64,000 bases of DNA from Salpingoeca rosetta (taxonomy: Eukaryota; Protista; Choanoflagellata): assembly GCA_033442325.1 (NCBI GenBank), contig JAWQFM010000036.1, positions 376,719-440,718 of the forward strand, in the 5' to 3' direction. Every line of letters begins with the position of its first letter. Position 1 is the stretch's first letter. The position numbers and the translations under genes are program-made. Shown here piece after piece: positions 1 to 12,954 of this stretch. Under the pieces are notes generated by a model. It made no database searches and was not told where the DNA came from. It worked only from the letters and a program-made list of their open reading frames with translations.

Positions 1-3000
1 GCGGTGACCACAACGCTGTACACGGGCACCGCCTCCCTGTCCAGCACCACACGCGTGGTGATCTGGCCCGTCTCAGCGTCAATCGCAAACTCGCTTGCGT
101 GTGTGGCCAGCGAGAAGCGCACAGCCTGCGTGCCATCCTCGTCTGCGTCCTGTGCCGCCACGCGCACAACGGCCGTGTCGACGGCCGCATTTTCCAGAAC
201 AGAGGCAGCGTATGCCGTCTGCGAGAACGCGGGCGCGTTGTCGTTCACATCATCAACGGTGATGCGCACAGTGAGTGCCACGCGGTTTGTGGGCTGTGGT
301 GGCGGGAATGACGGTGACGCGGGCGTACCCTCTGCCAGGGCGAGCGTCGTTGCATCCGCCACCTCCAGGGTCAGCGTGTATGTGACAAACGTCTCGTAGT
401 CCAGTGGCTTTGCCACAGACAGCCTACCAGACGTGGCGTTGATGGCAAACGCACCGTCCAAGTTGCCGCCCACAATCGCGTAGCGTACAGCGCCGTTGGT
501 GTTGGTGTTGGTGTTGGTGTTGGTGCTGGTGCTGGTGGTGCTGTCGCTGGCGTGGTACTCGTCTGCGTCTGTCGCCACATATGTAAACACCTCGCTGCCC
601 ACCGCTGCGCTCTCCGCAATGCGGAAGCTGGTGGCCGCCTGTGACGCCGCTGTGAGCATGGGCGCGTTGTCGTTGACGTCCAGTACCGTCACCAGCACCG
701 TCGCGGTGACCGTGTTCTGCATGGCACCGTCGACGTTGTCTGTGGCGACAACCTCAAAGCTGTACGCTGCCTTGGACTCGCGATCAAGCGGCGCAGTTGT
801 GGTGATGACGCCAGCTGGCGAAACGGCAAAGACAGAAGCATCCGTGCCAGCAAGCGCCAGAGCAACCCGCGCGTTGTTGCCGCTGTCTGCATCGCTCACC
901 TCAACGCTCAGCACGCTCGTTGCTGTGGTGGCCGCCTCGCTCACCGCAGCGGTGAACGTGCCAGAGATAGGCAGGTTGTCAAACACGGGAGCGTTGTCGT
1001 TGGCGTCGGTCAGGGTCACTGTGACACGTGCGGGCAGCAGCGTCATGCGGGGTGCAGGCATGTGCCCGTCGCTTGCCGTCACCTCAAGCACGTACGTGCG
1101 CACGTCCTGCTCGTAGTCCAGAGCTGTCAGCGTCGTGATGACGCCCGTGCTGGCGTTGATGGCAAACACGGAGCTCACACTCACGCCGTTCACTTCCGAG
1201 TCTGCGAGCACGTACGACACGTGCGTGTTGGCTGCGCTGTCTGCATCTGTGGCCATCACACTGGCAACAGCGGTGCCGACATCAGCGTTCTCAACAAGCG
1301 TTGCCTGCACATCCGTGTCCACAAACACGGGGTTGTTGTCGTTGATGTCAACCACATTCACCGTCACCACTGCCGTCGTCTCGCGGCCATCTGGGTTGCT
1401 GGCAACAACAACAAGTGTGTGTGTCTGGTGCATCTCAAAGTCCAGCGCGCCCACGGGCGTCACCTCGCCAGTGAATCGGCCAATCGTAAAGGCGAGTGGC
1501 TCTGGCGCGGAGACCTCATTGGCAGCTCGCAGCGTGTACTCCACCTGTGCGTTTGTGCCCACGTCTTCGTCCGTGCTGGAGACACGCAACACAACGTCGG
1601 CTGTGGTGGCGTTCTCAAACACCGACACTTGCATGGGCAGGTCAACAAACACGGGGGCGTTGTCGTTGACATCAAGCACCGTGAGCACAATGGTTGCGTC
1701 CGTGGACAGCTGCACGGGTGCGCCGCTGTCACGCGCGCGCACCACGAGCGTGTGTGTCTCCGCGGTCTCGCGATCAAGCTGTCCGCCCGTCAGCCGCACT
1801 TCGCCCGTGGTCGCATCCACGGAAAACAGGGGCGCGGTGGCATTGATGAGCGAGTACGTGACGCGGGCGTTTGCGCCGGCGTCGGCATCACTCGCAGCAA
1901 CCGTGCCCAGCAGCGTGTTGGGTGCCGCATCCTCGGATACAGACCACGCGTAGTAGGCGTTGCTGGTGAACACGGGCGCGTTGTCGTTGACATCGCCCAC
2001 CACCACGGGCACAGCCACCGTGGCCGTGAGGGGCGGCTCGCCGTTGTCTGCCGCCTGCACCGTCAGGTTGTATGCAGCATCGGTTTCACGATCCAGAGGG
2101 CCCGTGGTCCGCACGACACCAGTTGCCGCGTCAATTGCAAACAGGCCCGCGGCGTTTCCGCCCACAATAGAGTACGACACGCGGTTGAACCCGGCCGTGA
2201 TGTCCGCATCGGTGGCAAACGGCGCGGCCGCAACCTTGCCTGCAGGCAAATTCTCCGCGACCACCTGCGCGCCGACATCGGCGTTGAAGACGGGCGCCTC
2301 GTCGTTGGCGTCCACCAGCGATACGACCACCAGCACGTCCGCAGTCTTGGGCTGCGGTGTGCCTTGGTCCGACGCGCGCATCGTAAGCGTGTAGGAAACA
2401 ACGCTCTCAAAGTCCAGGCGCCGCGCAACAGACACGACACCCGTGGTAGGGTCCACGGCAAAGTCGCTGTTGGTGTTGCCGGCCACAATAGCATACGCCA
2501 CGGTGCCGTTGCCGCCCAGGTCAGCGTCACGGGCTGCCACCTGCACGCCAATGGGCGTGCCTGGCGCCGCGTCCTCCAGCACTATAACAGATGTAAAGTC
2601 GCCATGCGCATACACGGGGGCGTTGTCGTTGATGTCCAGGACATGCAGCGTCACGGTGACGCTGGTCACCAGCGGCGTGGCGCTCACGTCTGCTGCCGTC
2701 ACCTGCACCTGGTACGTGTCCTGTGTCTCGCGGTCAAGTGCACGGCGCGTGTACATGGCACCCGTGGTCGCGTTGATGCGCAGGACATCCGTGTCGCCGC
2801 CTGCAAGCGCATACACAATGCGGGCGTTGTCGCCAATATCCGCGCTGGTGGCACGCACCGTGCCCACAAACTGCACGGCGTTGTCGTTGTTGTTCGCTGC
2901 ACCGGTCACGCCAGCGGTGCTACCGTCCGCCTCCGCCACGGTGAAAGCGTAGCTCTGCTGCTCAAACACGGGCGGGTTGTCGTTGATGTCCGTGATGTGC

Positions 3001-6000
3001 ACAGTGACGTTGACAGCGGAGGACGGGCCAGTCGCGTCGTTCAGGTTGGCAGCCACCACCGCCAGCACATACCCGTTTGGTGCCGCCTCGCGATCAAGGC
3101 TGGCGGTCGTGGTGATGGCCCCACTAGTGCCGTTGATGGCAAACCGGCCATCAAATGTGTCTGCAAGCGTATACACCACCACTGCGTTGTCGCCCGCGTC
3201 GATATCGGTCGCCTGCACCGTCACCACGTGCTCGCCAGCAGGGCGGTTCTCAACCAGGTTGATGGGGCCGTACGCCGGCTGTGCAAAGCGCGGGGCGTTG
3301 TCGTTGATGTCCGTGCTCACCACGCGAACGGTGAAGGACGTGGACAGCTGCTGCGGTGTGGTGCCGACGTCGCTCGCCACCACACGTGCCGCGTACACCT
3401 CCCGCTGTTCCCTGTCCGTGCTGGCAATGTACAGCACGCCGTCGACAATCGAGAACATGCTTGCCTGTGCATACGCTGTGTCGATCCTCAGCGTCGGCTG
3501 TGCGTTGGGCGCGCTGTCTGCGTCTGTCACGTTCACGGCAGTCAAAGCAGTGCGCACGCCTGCTTCCTCCTGCACGGTAAACGACAGCTCCGTGCCGTCC
3601 GCAACGGCATTGCCACCGTCCACCGTCACGACAGGTGCGTTGTCGTTTTCGTCGACAACGTCCAGCACCAGCCTGCGCTGCGCCATGCGTGCTGCAGCTG
3701 CGTCCACGCCAGTCCCGCTCGCGCCGCCATCGCTGACAGACACGACAACGGTGACCTCCGTGTGGGTCTCGTAGTCCAGGGGCGCAAGCAGGGTCAGCTC
3801 GCCCGTGGCCGCGTTGAGCGACAGCGACGACGCAAGCTCAGCCGGCTGCACGGAAACAATGGCAAAGGCGAGGGTGGTCGCCTCGTCAGCGTCTCGCGCA
3901 ATGAACGCTGTCACGGTGCGGGGCGTGTTGCCGTTCTCGTTCACAGACACGCGCGCCGGCGGTGCGGCAGTGTCAAACACGGGGTCATTGTCGTTGACAT
4001 CCAGCACGTTCACCACCACGGTTGTGGTCGCCACCTGCCTGTCATCTGCGTTGCTAGCTTGGTCCGTGGCCACGACAACAAACGTGTATGCGCCCACATC
4101 CTCGCGGTCCAGGGCGCTGCTGACGGAAATCACGCCCGTCTGCGCATCAATGACAAACGGCAGCAAGGCGGCTGTGTTGTCGATGGCAAAGGCAACGGCG
4201 CCGTTGTCGCCAGCATCGGCGTCAGGTGCATACACGCGACCAGCGGCGGCTGGTGCCGACGTATTCTCAGACACGTTGAATACGTAGCCAACAGCACCAT
4301 CAGTGGCACTGCCATCGGCGTCAACAAACACGGGCGCGTTGTCGTTCTCGTCCAGGATGGCGACGGTGATGTTGAAGTCGACGCTGCGGGGTGACGGAGA
4401 CCCAGCATCGCTGACGCGCACCAGCAAGCGGTACTCGGCATACGTCTCGCTGTCCACCGCCGACTGCACCACCAGCACGCCCGAGGCCGGCTCAAGGAAG
4501 AACGGGTTTGCACCACTGCCATCGGGCGCCAGCATCGTCCACGTCTCGCCGCCATCACCTCCCATGCTAACGCTGCTGTTGGATGCCGCTGTATTGGTGC
4601 GCGGCTTTGCGGCTACCGATACGAGCGTAAAGGTGAGCGCAGCGTTGTCGCCGCTGTCTGCATCTGTGGCTGCAAAGTTGTACAGCTGCTGCACGGGAAC
4701 AACGCCCTCCGACACCTCCAGGCGCGCACCGGGCGGCATGTTGGTGATGACCGGCGTGTTGTCGTTGACATCGGTGACTGTGACGTCCACCCGCGCGGAG
4801 GAAATGAGGGGCGAGTTGCCGCTGAAGGCAAGCACGCGGAACGAGTATGATGGCGTCTGCTCAAAGTCCAGTGGTGCCGCGAGCGTCACCTCGCCCGTGG
4901 TGGCGTTGATGGCAAACGGGTTGTGAGAGCCTGTAATGTAGAGGTCATACGTGAGTGGGTCGTTGATACCCGTGTCCGGGTCGCTTGCTGCGACGGTCAC
5001 CAGCACCGTGCCCACGACAGCATCCTCAGCCACGGTGTGCGCGTACACGCCCTGCTGAAAGCGGGGTGCGTTGTCGTCGACGTCGCCAACCTCAACCGTG
5101 ACGTTGAGCGTCGCCGTGGCCTGGCGCACGCCCTGGTCTGTCGCCGTCACCATCAGGTTGTGCACAGCAACAGCCTCGTGGTCCAGCCCTGGGCCGCGGG
5201 GCGCGACCGTGATGTTGCTTGCATACACCGTGACGGGCTCGGCAATGCCAGGTACGGCAACAACCACCACACGAGCAGGGGTAAGTGCAAACGCGCCGGC
5301 ATCGTTGCCCGTGGCGAACGCAAACGCAATCTCACCCTCGCTGCCGACGTCGCCGTCCACCGCATACACGGTACCGACAACGGATCCCAGCGCCGCGTCC
5401 TCAAGCACATGCTGCGTGGTGGCGGATATGGGGCCCGCCTCTGCCGGTCCGTCATCACCGGACACAAACACGGGCACAAACTTGTTGGTGGCGACCACGA
5501 CCACGTCCAGCACGGCGCTGCCGGTCAGCTCGGGTGCAGCTGTGTTGGCGGCAACAAGCGACAGGCGAACCGTCATGGCCCCGCGCACGGCCTCCGGCAG
5601 CGGACCAACAAACACCACGTCAAACACGTTCTCTGTTGCGGTCGTCGTCGTGTTGACTGCAAACGCGCCGGCAAGGGCGCTCTCCACCGTCGATGATGGC
5701 GATGGTGGCGATGGGGCTGTGATGGCAACGGATGTGATGCGGTTGACAAGCGACACATCGCCGTCAACAACACTGACACGGGCCAGGGCGACTGGGCCCT
5801 CCTGCACGTCCGAGATGGTCACCGTGTACGTGCTCTGCTCAAAGCGCGGGGCAACGTCGTTGGCGTCCGTGACAAACACGCGCACATGTGCGGTGGAGGA
5901 TCGGCTGCTGGCACCGCCGTCCCGCGCAGTCACTGACAGCATGTATGTCGCCTGCGCGTCCGTCTCCAAGTCGATGCTGCTGGTGCGGGTGGTGATCACA

Positions 6001-9000
6001 CCCGTGGCCGCATCAATCGCAAAGAGCGCGCGCGAGGCCACATCAAGCTCATACTGCACTCGCGCATTGTCGCCGGCGTCCGCGTCCGTGGCGGTGACGG
6101 TGGCCACCACCACGCCCTGCTCGCCCTCCGCAATCGTGGCGTTGTACTGCGCAAACTCAAACACGGGCGTGTTGTCGTTGATGTCGGCGATGGTCACCTG
6201 CATGGTGTGTGTGGATGCCAGGTCACTTCCCGGGTTGTATGCGGTCACCACGACGTCGCCCGTGATGGCCTGTGCAGCCAGGGCCTCGCGGTCAATGTCA
6301 GCAGCAACGGCAAGCGCCCCCGTCGTTGGCGACAGGGTGAAGAAGCGCGCAAACGCTCCGCCAGTGATGTTGTAGCGGACAGCAGAGGCCGGCGTGTTGG
6401 CCTGGTCGGCGTCCGTCGCCACAAGCTCTTGCACGACCGTGCCGACAGCGGTGTGCTCAGCCACGTCCAGGCGCGCCGGTGGCGGTCCCGTAAACACGGG
6501 GGCATTGTCGTTGATGTCCGCAATGGTGACGGCGACCGTGACATCAGCAGCGGCAAGCCCGTCTGATGCCGTCACCGTCACAGTCACGGCATCGCCATCC
6601 GTCTCCCTGTCGAGCGGACGTGCAAGCACAAGGGAAGCGTCGCCCGTGTCACCGTCCTGCACCACCGCAAACATTGTCGGCTCGCTCACGGTGTATGTGA
6701 GGGTGGAGAAGGCGGGCGTTGTGTCGGCATCGGAGAAGCCAAGCGAGGCAACCACGACAGTGCTGGCAGGCAGCTCCTCCTGCACCGTCGCCGCCAGGGA
6801 TGACTGGAGCACGCGCGGTGGCTCGTCGTTGACGTCAACTACTGCAATCGTCACCGTGTGCTGCACCGTGTTCACGTCATTGGTGCTGGTACTGGTGGAA
6901 GCAGGGCGATCGCGCACTTGCACGCGAAGGGAGTGTGTCTGCTTCGCCTCGTAGTTGAGCGGTGCCACCAGCGTCACCTCGCCTGTGCGCGCGTCCACGG
7001 CAAACGCATCGCTGTCGCTAAAGTCCGACAGGAGCGCAAAGGAGAGGTTGGCGTTGGGCGGCGTATCTGTATCGACGGCAACCACGCGCGTCACCAGCGT
7101 GCCAACCGGCGTGTCCTCGCTCACGTTCACAGCGGCGCGCGGTGCAGTGACGGTGGGCACCACGTCGTTCACGTCGGCGATTGTGATGGTGAGCAGCGTG
7201 GTGGTGTTGACGCCGTGGAACGGATCCTCAACAACGATCGTCACCTGCAGCGACGTCACGGCCTCGCGGTCAATGCTCTGCACGAGCGACACGACGCCCG
7301 TCGCACGGTCAACCGCCAGCAGCGATTCTGCCGTTGTGGTGGCATCGCCGTTCGCCAGGTAGAAGCGTGGCGCGGTCGTGGTGGTGTCGGCGTCCGTGGT
7401 GGCGATGGTGGTGAGCACGGTGCCGGGTGCGTCTGCCTCGGAGACGGTCAGGGCAACGCGGTCCATTGCAGCAACAGCCGCGTTGTCGTCCACGTCACCA
7501 ACTGTCACCGTGATGTTGAGCGATGCCGTCTGCGCAGGTGTGCCCAGGTCACTTGCCAGCACGATGAGCGTGTAAGCAGCGGTTGCCTCGCGGTCGAGTG
7601 GCGACGTCACTGTCACCGCGCCCGTCGTCGCGTCCACGTCAAACGCCGCGTCCGCGCTTGGTGTGCTGTCTGCAGAGACGAGCGAGTACTGCACCAGGTT
7701 GCTGGGCGACGTGTTGTCGGCGTCGGCAGCGCTGACGGTGGTGAGCAGGGTGGGCACGGCCACGTCCTCGGCCACGGCGAGCGACAACGCGGTGCCCTCG
7801 CGGAAGACGGGGGCGTTGTCGTTCGTGTCGCGCACGACAACAAACACCTTCGTGGACGAGGTGCGGCTGTTGGCACCGGCGCGGTCGCGGGCAAAGACGT
7901 CAAAGTTAAACAGCTGCTGCGATGCCGTGTCCTCCGCATCAAACGTGCGCATGGCTGTGATGGCGCCCGTGGACGCGTCAATGGCGAAGGTCTGCAGTGC
8001 GGCGGCGTCACCCACGATGGAGTAGTCGATCACGCCGTTGCTGTTCGCGTCATCGTCCACAGCTTGCACCGTCAGCACGTGTGCGCCCACGGGCTGCCCT
8101 TCGTCCACCTCGACAATGTACATGCTGGACTCAAACTGCGGCGTGTTGTCGTTGACATCGAGCACGCTGATGACCACTTGCATGCGGTCAGTCTGGCCCG
8201 TGGCTGTGTCCGTGGCAATGAGCGTGGCGACATACGTGCTCTGCGTCTCCCTGTCGAGGGGCGTGGCCGTGGAGATGGCGCCCGTGTCAGCATTGACGCT
8301 GAAGAGGGCTGAGGACACGCCTTGGATGGTAAAGGCCACGGCCGCATTGCCCCCGCTGACACCGCTTGTGTCCAGGCGCACGTTGCTTGCGGGCAACACA
8401 AGCGTGCCTGCACTGGCGTTCTCTTCCACGGTCGCGTTGACGCGCATGTCCAAGAGCATGTCCTTGGTATTGTCGAGCACGGTGAGGGACCAGGTGCGCA
8501 GCACAGTTGCGTTTGCATCCAGCAGCTGCAGCGTTGCTGTCTCGTCGCCCTCAACCACGGCATCGGCAACAGCCGTGATGCTCACGGCAAACGACGACGA
8601 CGACGACGACGACGACGGTGTCAGGTGCACCTCCAGCACAGCTGCTGTTGCTGTTGCAACGGCAGGGAGGATGTCGCCCCGATCGCCAAAGTAGAGGTCG
8701 GTGCTAGTCTCAGCAATGGGGGTGAGCGCCACGTCCTCAAGCGTGCCGTCCGAGGAGAGGGAGACGGAGCCGGCCGTCACCACTGCCAGCTGCTGCGGGC
8801 TGCACTGCACAGCTGCAACCGCGTGCGTGATGGCAGACACCTCGCTCACGTCCACAAACGCATTCACGTCAGCGTCAAACTGGTACTCGATTGCAGCCAG
8901 CCGCTCCACAGACACAAACAGCCCAAGAGGCTGCTGTTGCTGTTGTTGCTGTTGTTGCTGCTGTTGTTGGGCCATTGGTGAGCCCACGGTGAAGAGGAGG

Positions 9001-11389
9001 GCGTGCACAGCCACTTTGTTTTCCGTGTCGAGAGCAATGGATTGGGTGTGGCCCACATGCATGGGTGCGGCAGTGGCCGTCGTGGCTGCAGCCGTGATGG
9101 CGGTGTGGGCGTTGAGAAGACGGAAGATGGCCACGGTGCTGCCTTGATCGGCAACAAGCGCAACTGTCAGGTCGCAGTCACCGGCAATGCTGGATGACGG
9201 CTGGCAGACAGCAGACACAGACTCTGCACCAGAGGTGGCGAGCGTGAGCATGGGCGCAAAGGTGCCGTCAGCCTGCATGCGCCACACGCTGCTTGGCGTG
9301 TCGAACGACGCCTGCTGCGAGTCGTACTTGTTTGCGAGCACAACCAGGACGTGATCCTGGTCATCGACAGCGCTGTTGGCGGGGACGTGGACGGCGGTGA
9401 CGTCTGTCGCGCCCTGCGTCGCCAACTCCTGCACCTGCACGTATGCACCGAGCGTGGCGTTGAAGCGGAGCACGGGCGAGGCCAAGTTGGTGTTGCCGCT
9501 GTTGTCCTGCGAGTTGGAGAATATGAGCGTCGTCGCATCGCCCCGCTGCGCAAACGCACATGCGGATGCGCCCACCGTGGACACGCGCTGCAACAGCACA
9601 AACTGCTGCGTAGTCGTGTCCCACGCGTACACGTTCGATTTGGTCGCAAAGTCGTTGCCTGTTCGCGTGTTGGCGATAGCGAGATGCTCAACGCCACCCA
9701 CGCGCGCGCGACACAAACCAGCGGGCTTGTCGGAGACGACAAGCGTCTGCACCAGCTCAAGCGTCGTGGCGTCGTACACGTTCACGGAACCTGTGCCCAC
9801 GCCTTGCTCGGAGACAATGTGCAGTTGCGTGCCCGGCTCTGGCCACGAGCACACCACGCTTGCCGGGCTCCTTGCCGTGTTCACCGATCTCAGTGGCACA
9901 ACCGCAAAGTTTGAAGCTAACGATAAGAATGAAGTGAACAGTTGAGGACGGGTGAGTCAATTTGGTTGTGTGTGTGTGTGGGTGTGTGGGTGTGTGATTG
10001 TGTGTGTGTGTGTGTGTGTGTGGGACACAACAGACGGTTTGCAGGTCCCATGTTTCCTTTTTGTTCATGTGTGTTTGCGTCCGGAGTCCGTGTATAGGGG
10101 GTTTGTTTATTTTTTTTATTTTTTTTTGTGTTTGTATTGTATTTTATACATTTGAATTTGGATTTCTTCTCTTTCNNNNNNNNNNNNNNNNNNNNNNNNN
10201 NNNNNNNNNNNNNNNNNNNNNNNNNNNNNNNNNNNNNNNNNNNNNNNNNNNNNNNNNNNNNNNNNNNNNNNNNNNNNNNNNNNNNNNNNNNNNNNNNNNN
10301 NNNNNNNNNNNNNNNNNNNNNNNNNNNNNNNNNNNNNNNNNNNNNNNNNNNNNNNNNNNNNNNNNNNNNNNNNNNNNNNNNNNNNNNNNNNNNNNNNNNN
10401 NNNNNNNNNNNNNNNNNNNNNNNNNNNNNNNNNNNNNNNNNNNNNNNNNNNNNNNNNNNNNNNNNNNNNNNNNNNNNNNNNNNNNNNNNNNNNNNNNNNN
10501 NNNNNNNNNNNNNNNNNNNNNNNNNNNNNNNNNNNNNNNNNNNNNNNNNNNNNNNNNNNNNNNNNNNNNNNNNNNNNNNNNNNNNNNNNNNNNNNNNNNN
10601 NNNNNNNNNNNNNNNNNNNNNNNNNNNNNNNNNNNNNNNNNNNNNNNNNNNNNNNNNNNNNNNNNNNNNNNNNNNNNNNNNNNNNNNNNNNNNNNNNNNN
10701 NNNNNNNNNNNNNNNNNNNNNNNNNNNNNNNNNNNNNNNNNNNNNNNNNNNNNNNNNNNNNNNNNNNNNNNNNNNNNNNNNNNNNNNNNNNNNNNNNNNN
10801 NNNNNNNNNNNNNNNNNNNNNNNNNNNNNNNNNNNNNNNNNNNNNNNNNNNNNNNNNNNNNNNNNNNNNNNNNNNNNNNNNNNNNNNNNNNNNNNNNNNN
10901 NNNNNNNNNNNNNNGTTGTGTGTGTGTGTGGTGGTGTGGTGTGTGATGTGTGTGTGTGTGTGTGTGTGGCGAACACAACAGTACGTTTGTCAGTGCACAT
11001 GTGTGCGTGTGTACGTGTGTGTGTGCGTCCGTGTGTGTGTGTGTGTGCAGGCAAACGAGCTAGCATGTCGTCGCTTTGAGCTGCAACAGAAATAGAAACA
11101 CGCACGAAGGTGCACACGTCATCTATCGCACGAAGGTAGGTGCTACACAAACACATTACATCCCCCTTATACCTTGCGCGCGGGTGCTCCAAGTTGCAGT
11201 TTGCGAGGTGCCGGTGAGGTACACTTGATCAAGGCCATCCACAAAGACATCGACGTCAGTGGATTCTCCTTCACGGAGCGAGATGGCGATGGGGTCGTCT
11301 TGTGCATTGCATGCTGCTGTCGCCAGTAGCGTGCACACCAGAGTGGCGCCAAGCAGCAGCCGGGCAAACCGACCAACTGCTGTTCTCAT
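1..11389 (-). CDS. Giant cadherin-repeat protein, 3' end outside the window: signal peptide, Calx-beta-like segments, EAR/EPTP-like repeats and about 25 cadherin repeats. Exons 11389-11173 and 9916-<1
   Basis: ATG at 11389 gives MRTAVGRFARLLLGATLVCTLLATAACNA (signal peptide). The donor CAAG|GTATAA (11173) and acceptor TCGTTAG|CT (9916) are phase-compatible (G+CT=Ala). Exon 2 appears open for more than 3300 codons to the window edge; the ORF track lists no stop-terminated ORF in this frame. About 24 DxNDN/DxNDxxP linkers occur roughly every 330 nt between 8150 and 240, with LDRE/LDYE/LDFE and AxDxD motifs. Confidence 0.95.
10176..10914. other. Assembly gap (N run) inside cadherin intron 1
   Basis: Run of N flanked by (TG)n. 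Confidence 1.
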
Positions 11390-12537
11390 CCTGTTGACGT
11401 GTATGAGCGCTACACAGGCAGGGTAATGGGAAATGGGAATGTGAGCGTGAGAGCGGGTAATAGGGGGGGGGGGGCATGATCCTATGATCGGGTGGTTGGG
11501 TAGCGATTGTGCATGGCAGGATGATAGGTAACGCGTAGGGCGTGGCAATGGAGCAGCAGTTTGTGCGATGATGCGAGGCGGGCAAAACACCTCCGCTATA
11601 TGCTCACCTTTCTTCCGAGAAGCGTCACCACAAAACAAACGGGACAACAAGCACCCAGTTGCTCGTGCGGCGCTGGGTGACGTCGGGATGGGGATGGGGA
11701 TGGGGATGGATTGGTGGGTGTTGAAAGTGAGTGTGTGTCGTGGTATGTGTGTGTGTGTGTGTGTTTCGTGGTATGTGTGTGTGTGTGTGTTTGTGTGCGT
11801 GGCTGTGTTGTGTGTGATTGTTGTTTGTGGGTGGGGCGTCGATGGTTTTATTGCTCAAAGTTGGGGAATAGGGGAAGGGGCGAAGAGGAAAATTCACACA
11901 CATCATTCACGAAAGGAGGGAGTGGGCTAACGGTAATTTGAAGTTGGCGGCAATAGTGTTGTTGTTGTTGTTCTGTTGTCGCTGTGGTGGTGCTGCGTTT
12001 CGTTGAGGTGAACACGAATGCGGCAGCACTACCAGCAAGCGCATCATGTGCTAGTTACATACTTCTTCTTCTCCATGTTGTTCAGACAGTGAGTGCTTGC
12101 CAATCGTTTTCCGAGTTGGCGACACCGCACCAACAATGTGTGCGTGTGACTGAACATGCAACGGGCTCTCTGGATTGCTTGGATTGGGGGGTTCAATACG
12201 AAGAATAGAAAGCAAGATGGAAACCTGCGTTCAGATCGATTAGGAACGAAAAAGGGAAAGGGAAAGGGAAGAAACAGCGCAAGCAACAGTGAAGAGAGGG
12301 GAGGGGGGAGGCACGCCACCATGAGGGGCGTGAAGAAAGACAACGCGCAGCAGCGCAAAGCGAGAGAAAAAACGACGCAAATGAGAAACACAACACCAAC
12401 TAGTTGGAGGGGGGGGGGGAACGACATCCAATCACGCCAAATCTCGTCGTCTGTTCACATGTCGATACACACATACACACACACACACACACACACGAAT
12501 GTAAAGAGACAACACAACGCATGTTTGACGCCAACAA

Positions 12538-12915
12538 TCACAGGTCGTCGTTGTCGTCGAGGGAGGATGGCACTCCAACGAGGCCGCATGTTGCATCCTG
12601 CATGTCATTGAAGATGTTCAAGGCGGCCGAGGCAGAAAATGGGGCTGCCTTGGCTGTCGCTGATGGTGCCGTTCCAAAGCAGAACGGGTCTGGTGCAAAC
12701 TCATCCAGACTCAAGTCCAGCGCGTCATCCGAGCCGTTAGCATCACCAAACGCTCTGCACACACACACACACACACAAGTGTGCGTGAAGCAGTGTTTCA
12801 TCCACGAATTGTGGAGTGGTGTTGCATGGCAGATGAGAGCGTGTACGTGTTGACATGTGGGATGCCTTCGCGTCGCCGACACACACACACAGACAGACTC
12901 ACACGCACGCATACT

Positions 12916-12954
<39 letters not shown>

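Noticed and set aside
1062-4394. 1110-aa plus-strand ORF, and the other plus-strand ORFs in 4-9945
   Set aside because: Antisense shadows of the GC-rich cadherin exon; His/Arg/Val-rich with no motifs
10085-10175. AT-rich island suggesting foreign DNA
   Set aside because: Adjacent to a gap and looks like a degraded read end
11700-12530. Possible small gene or ncRNA between the cadherin and securin-like genes
   Set aside because: Only low-complexity short ORFs; no recognisable tRNA, rRNA or snRNA structure
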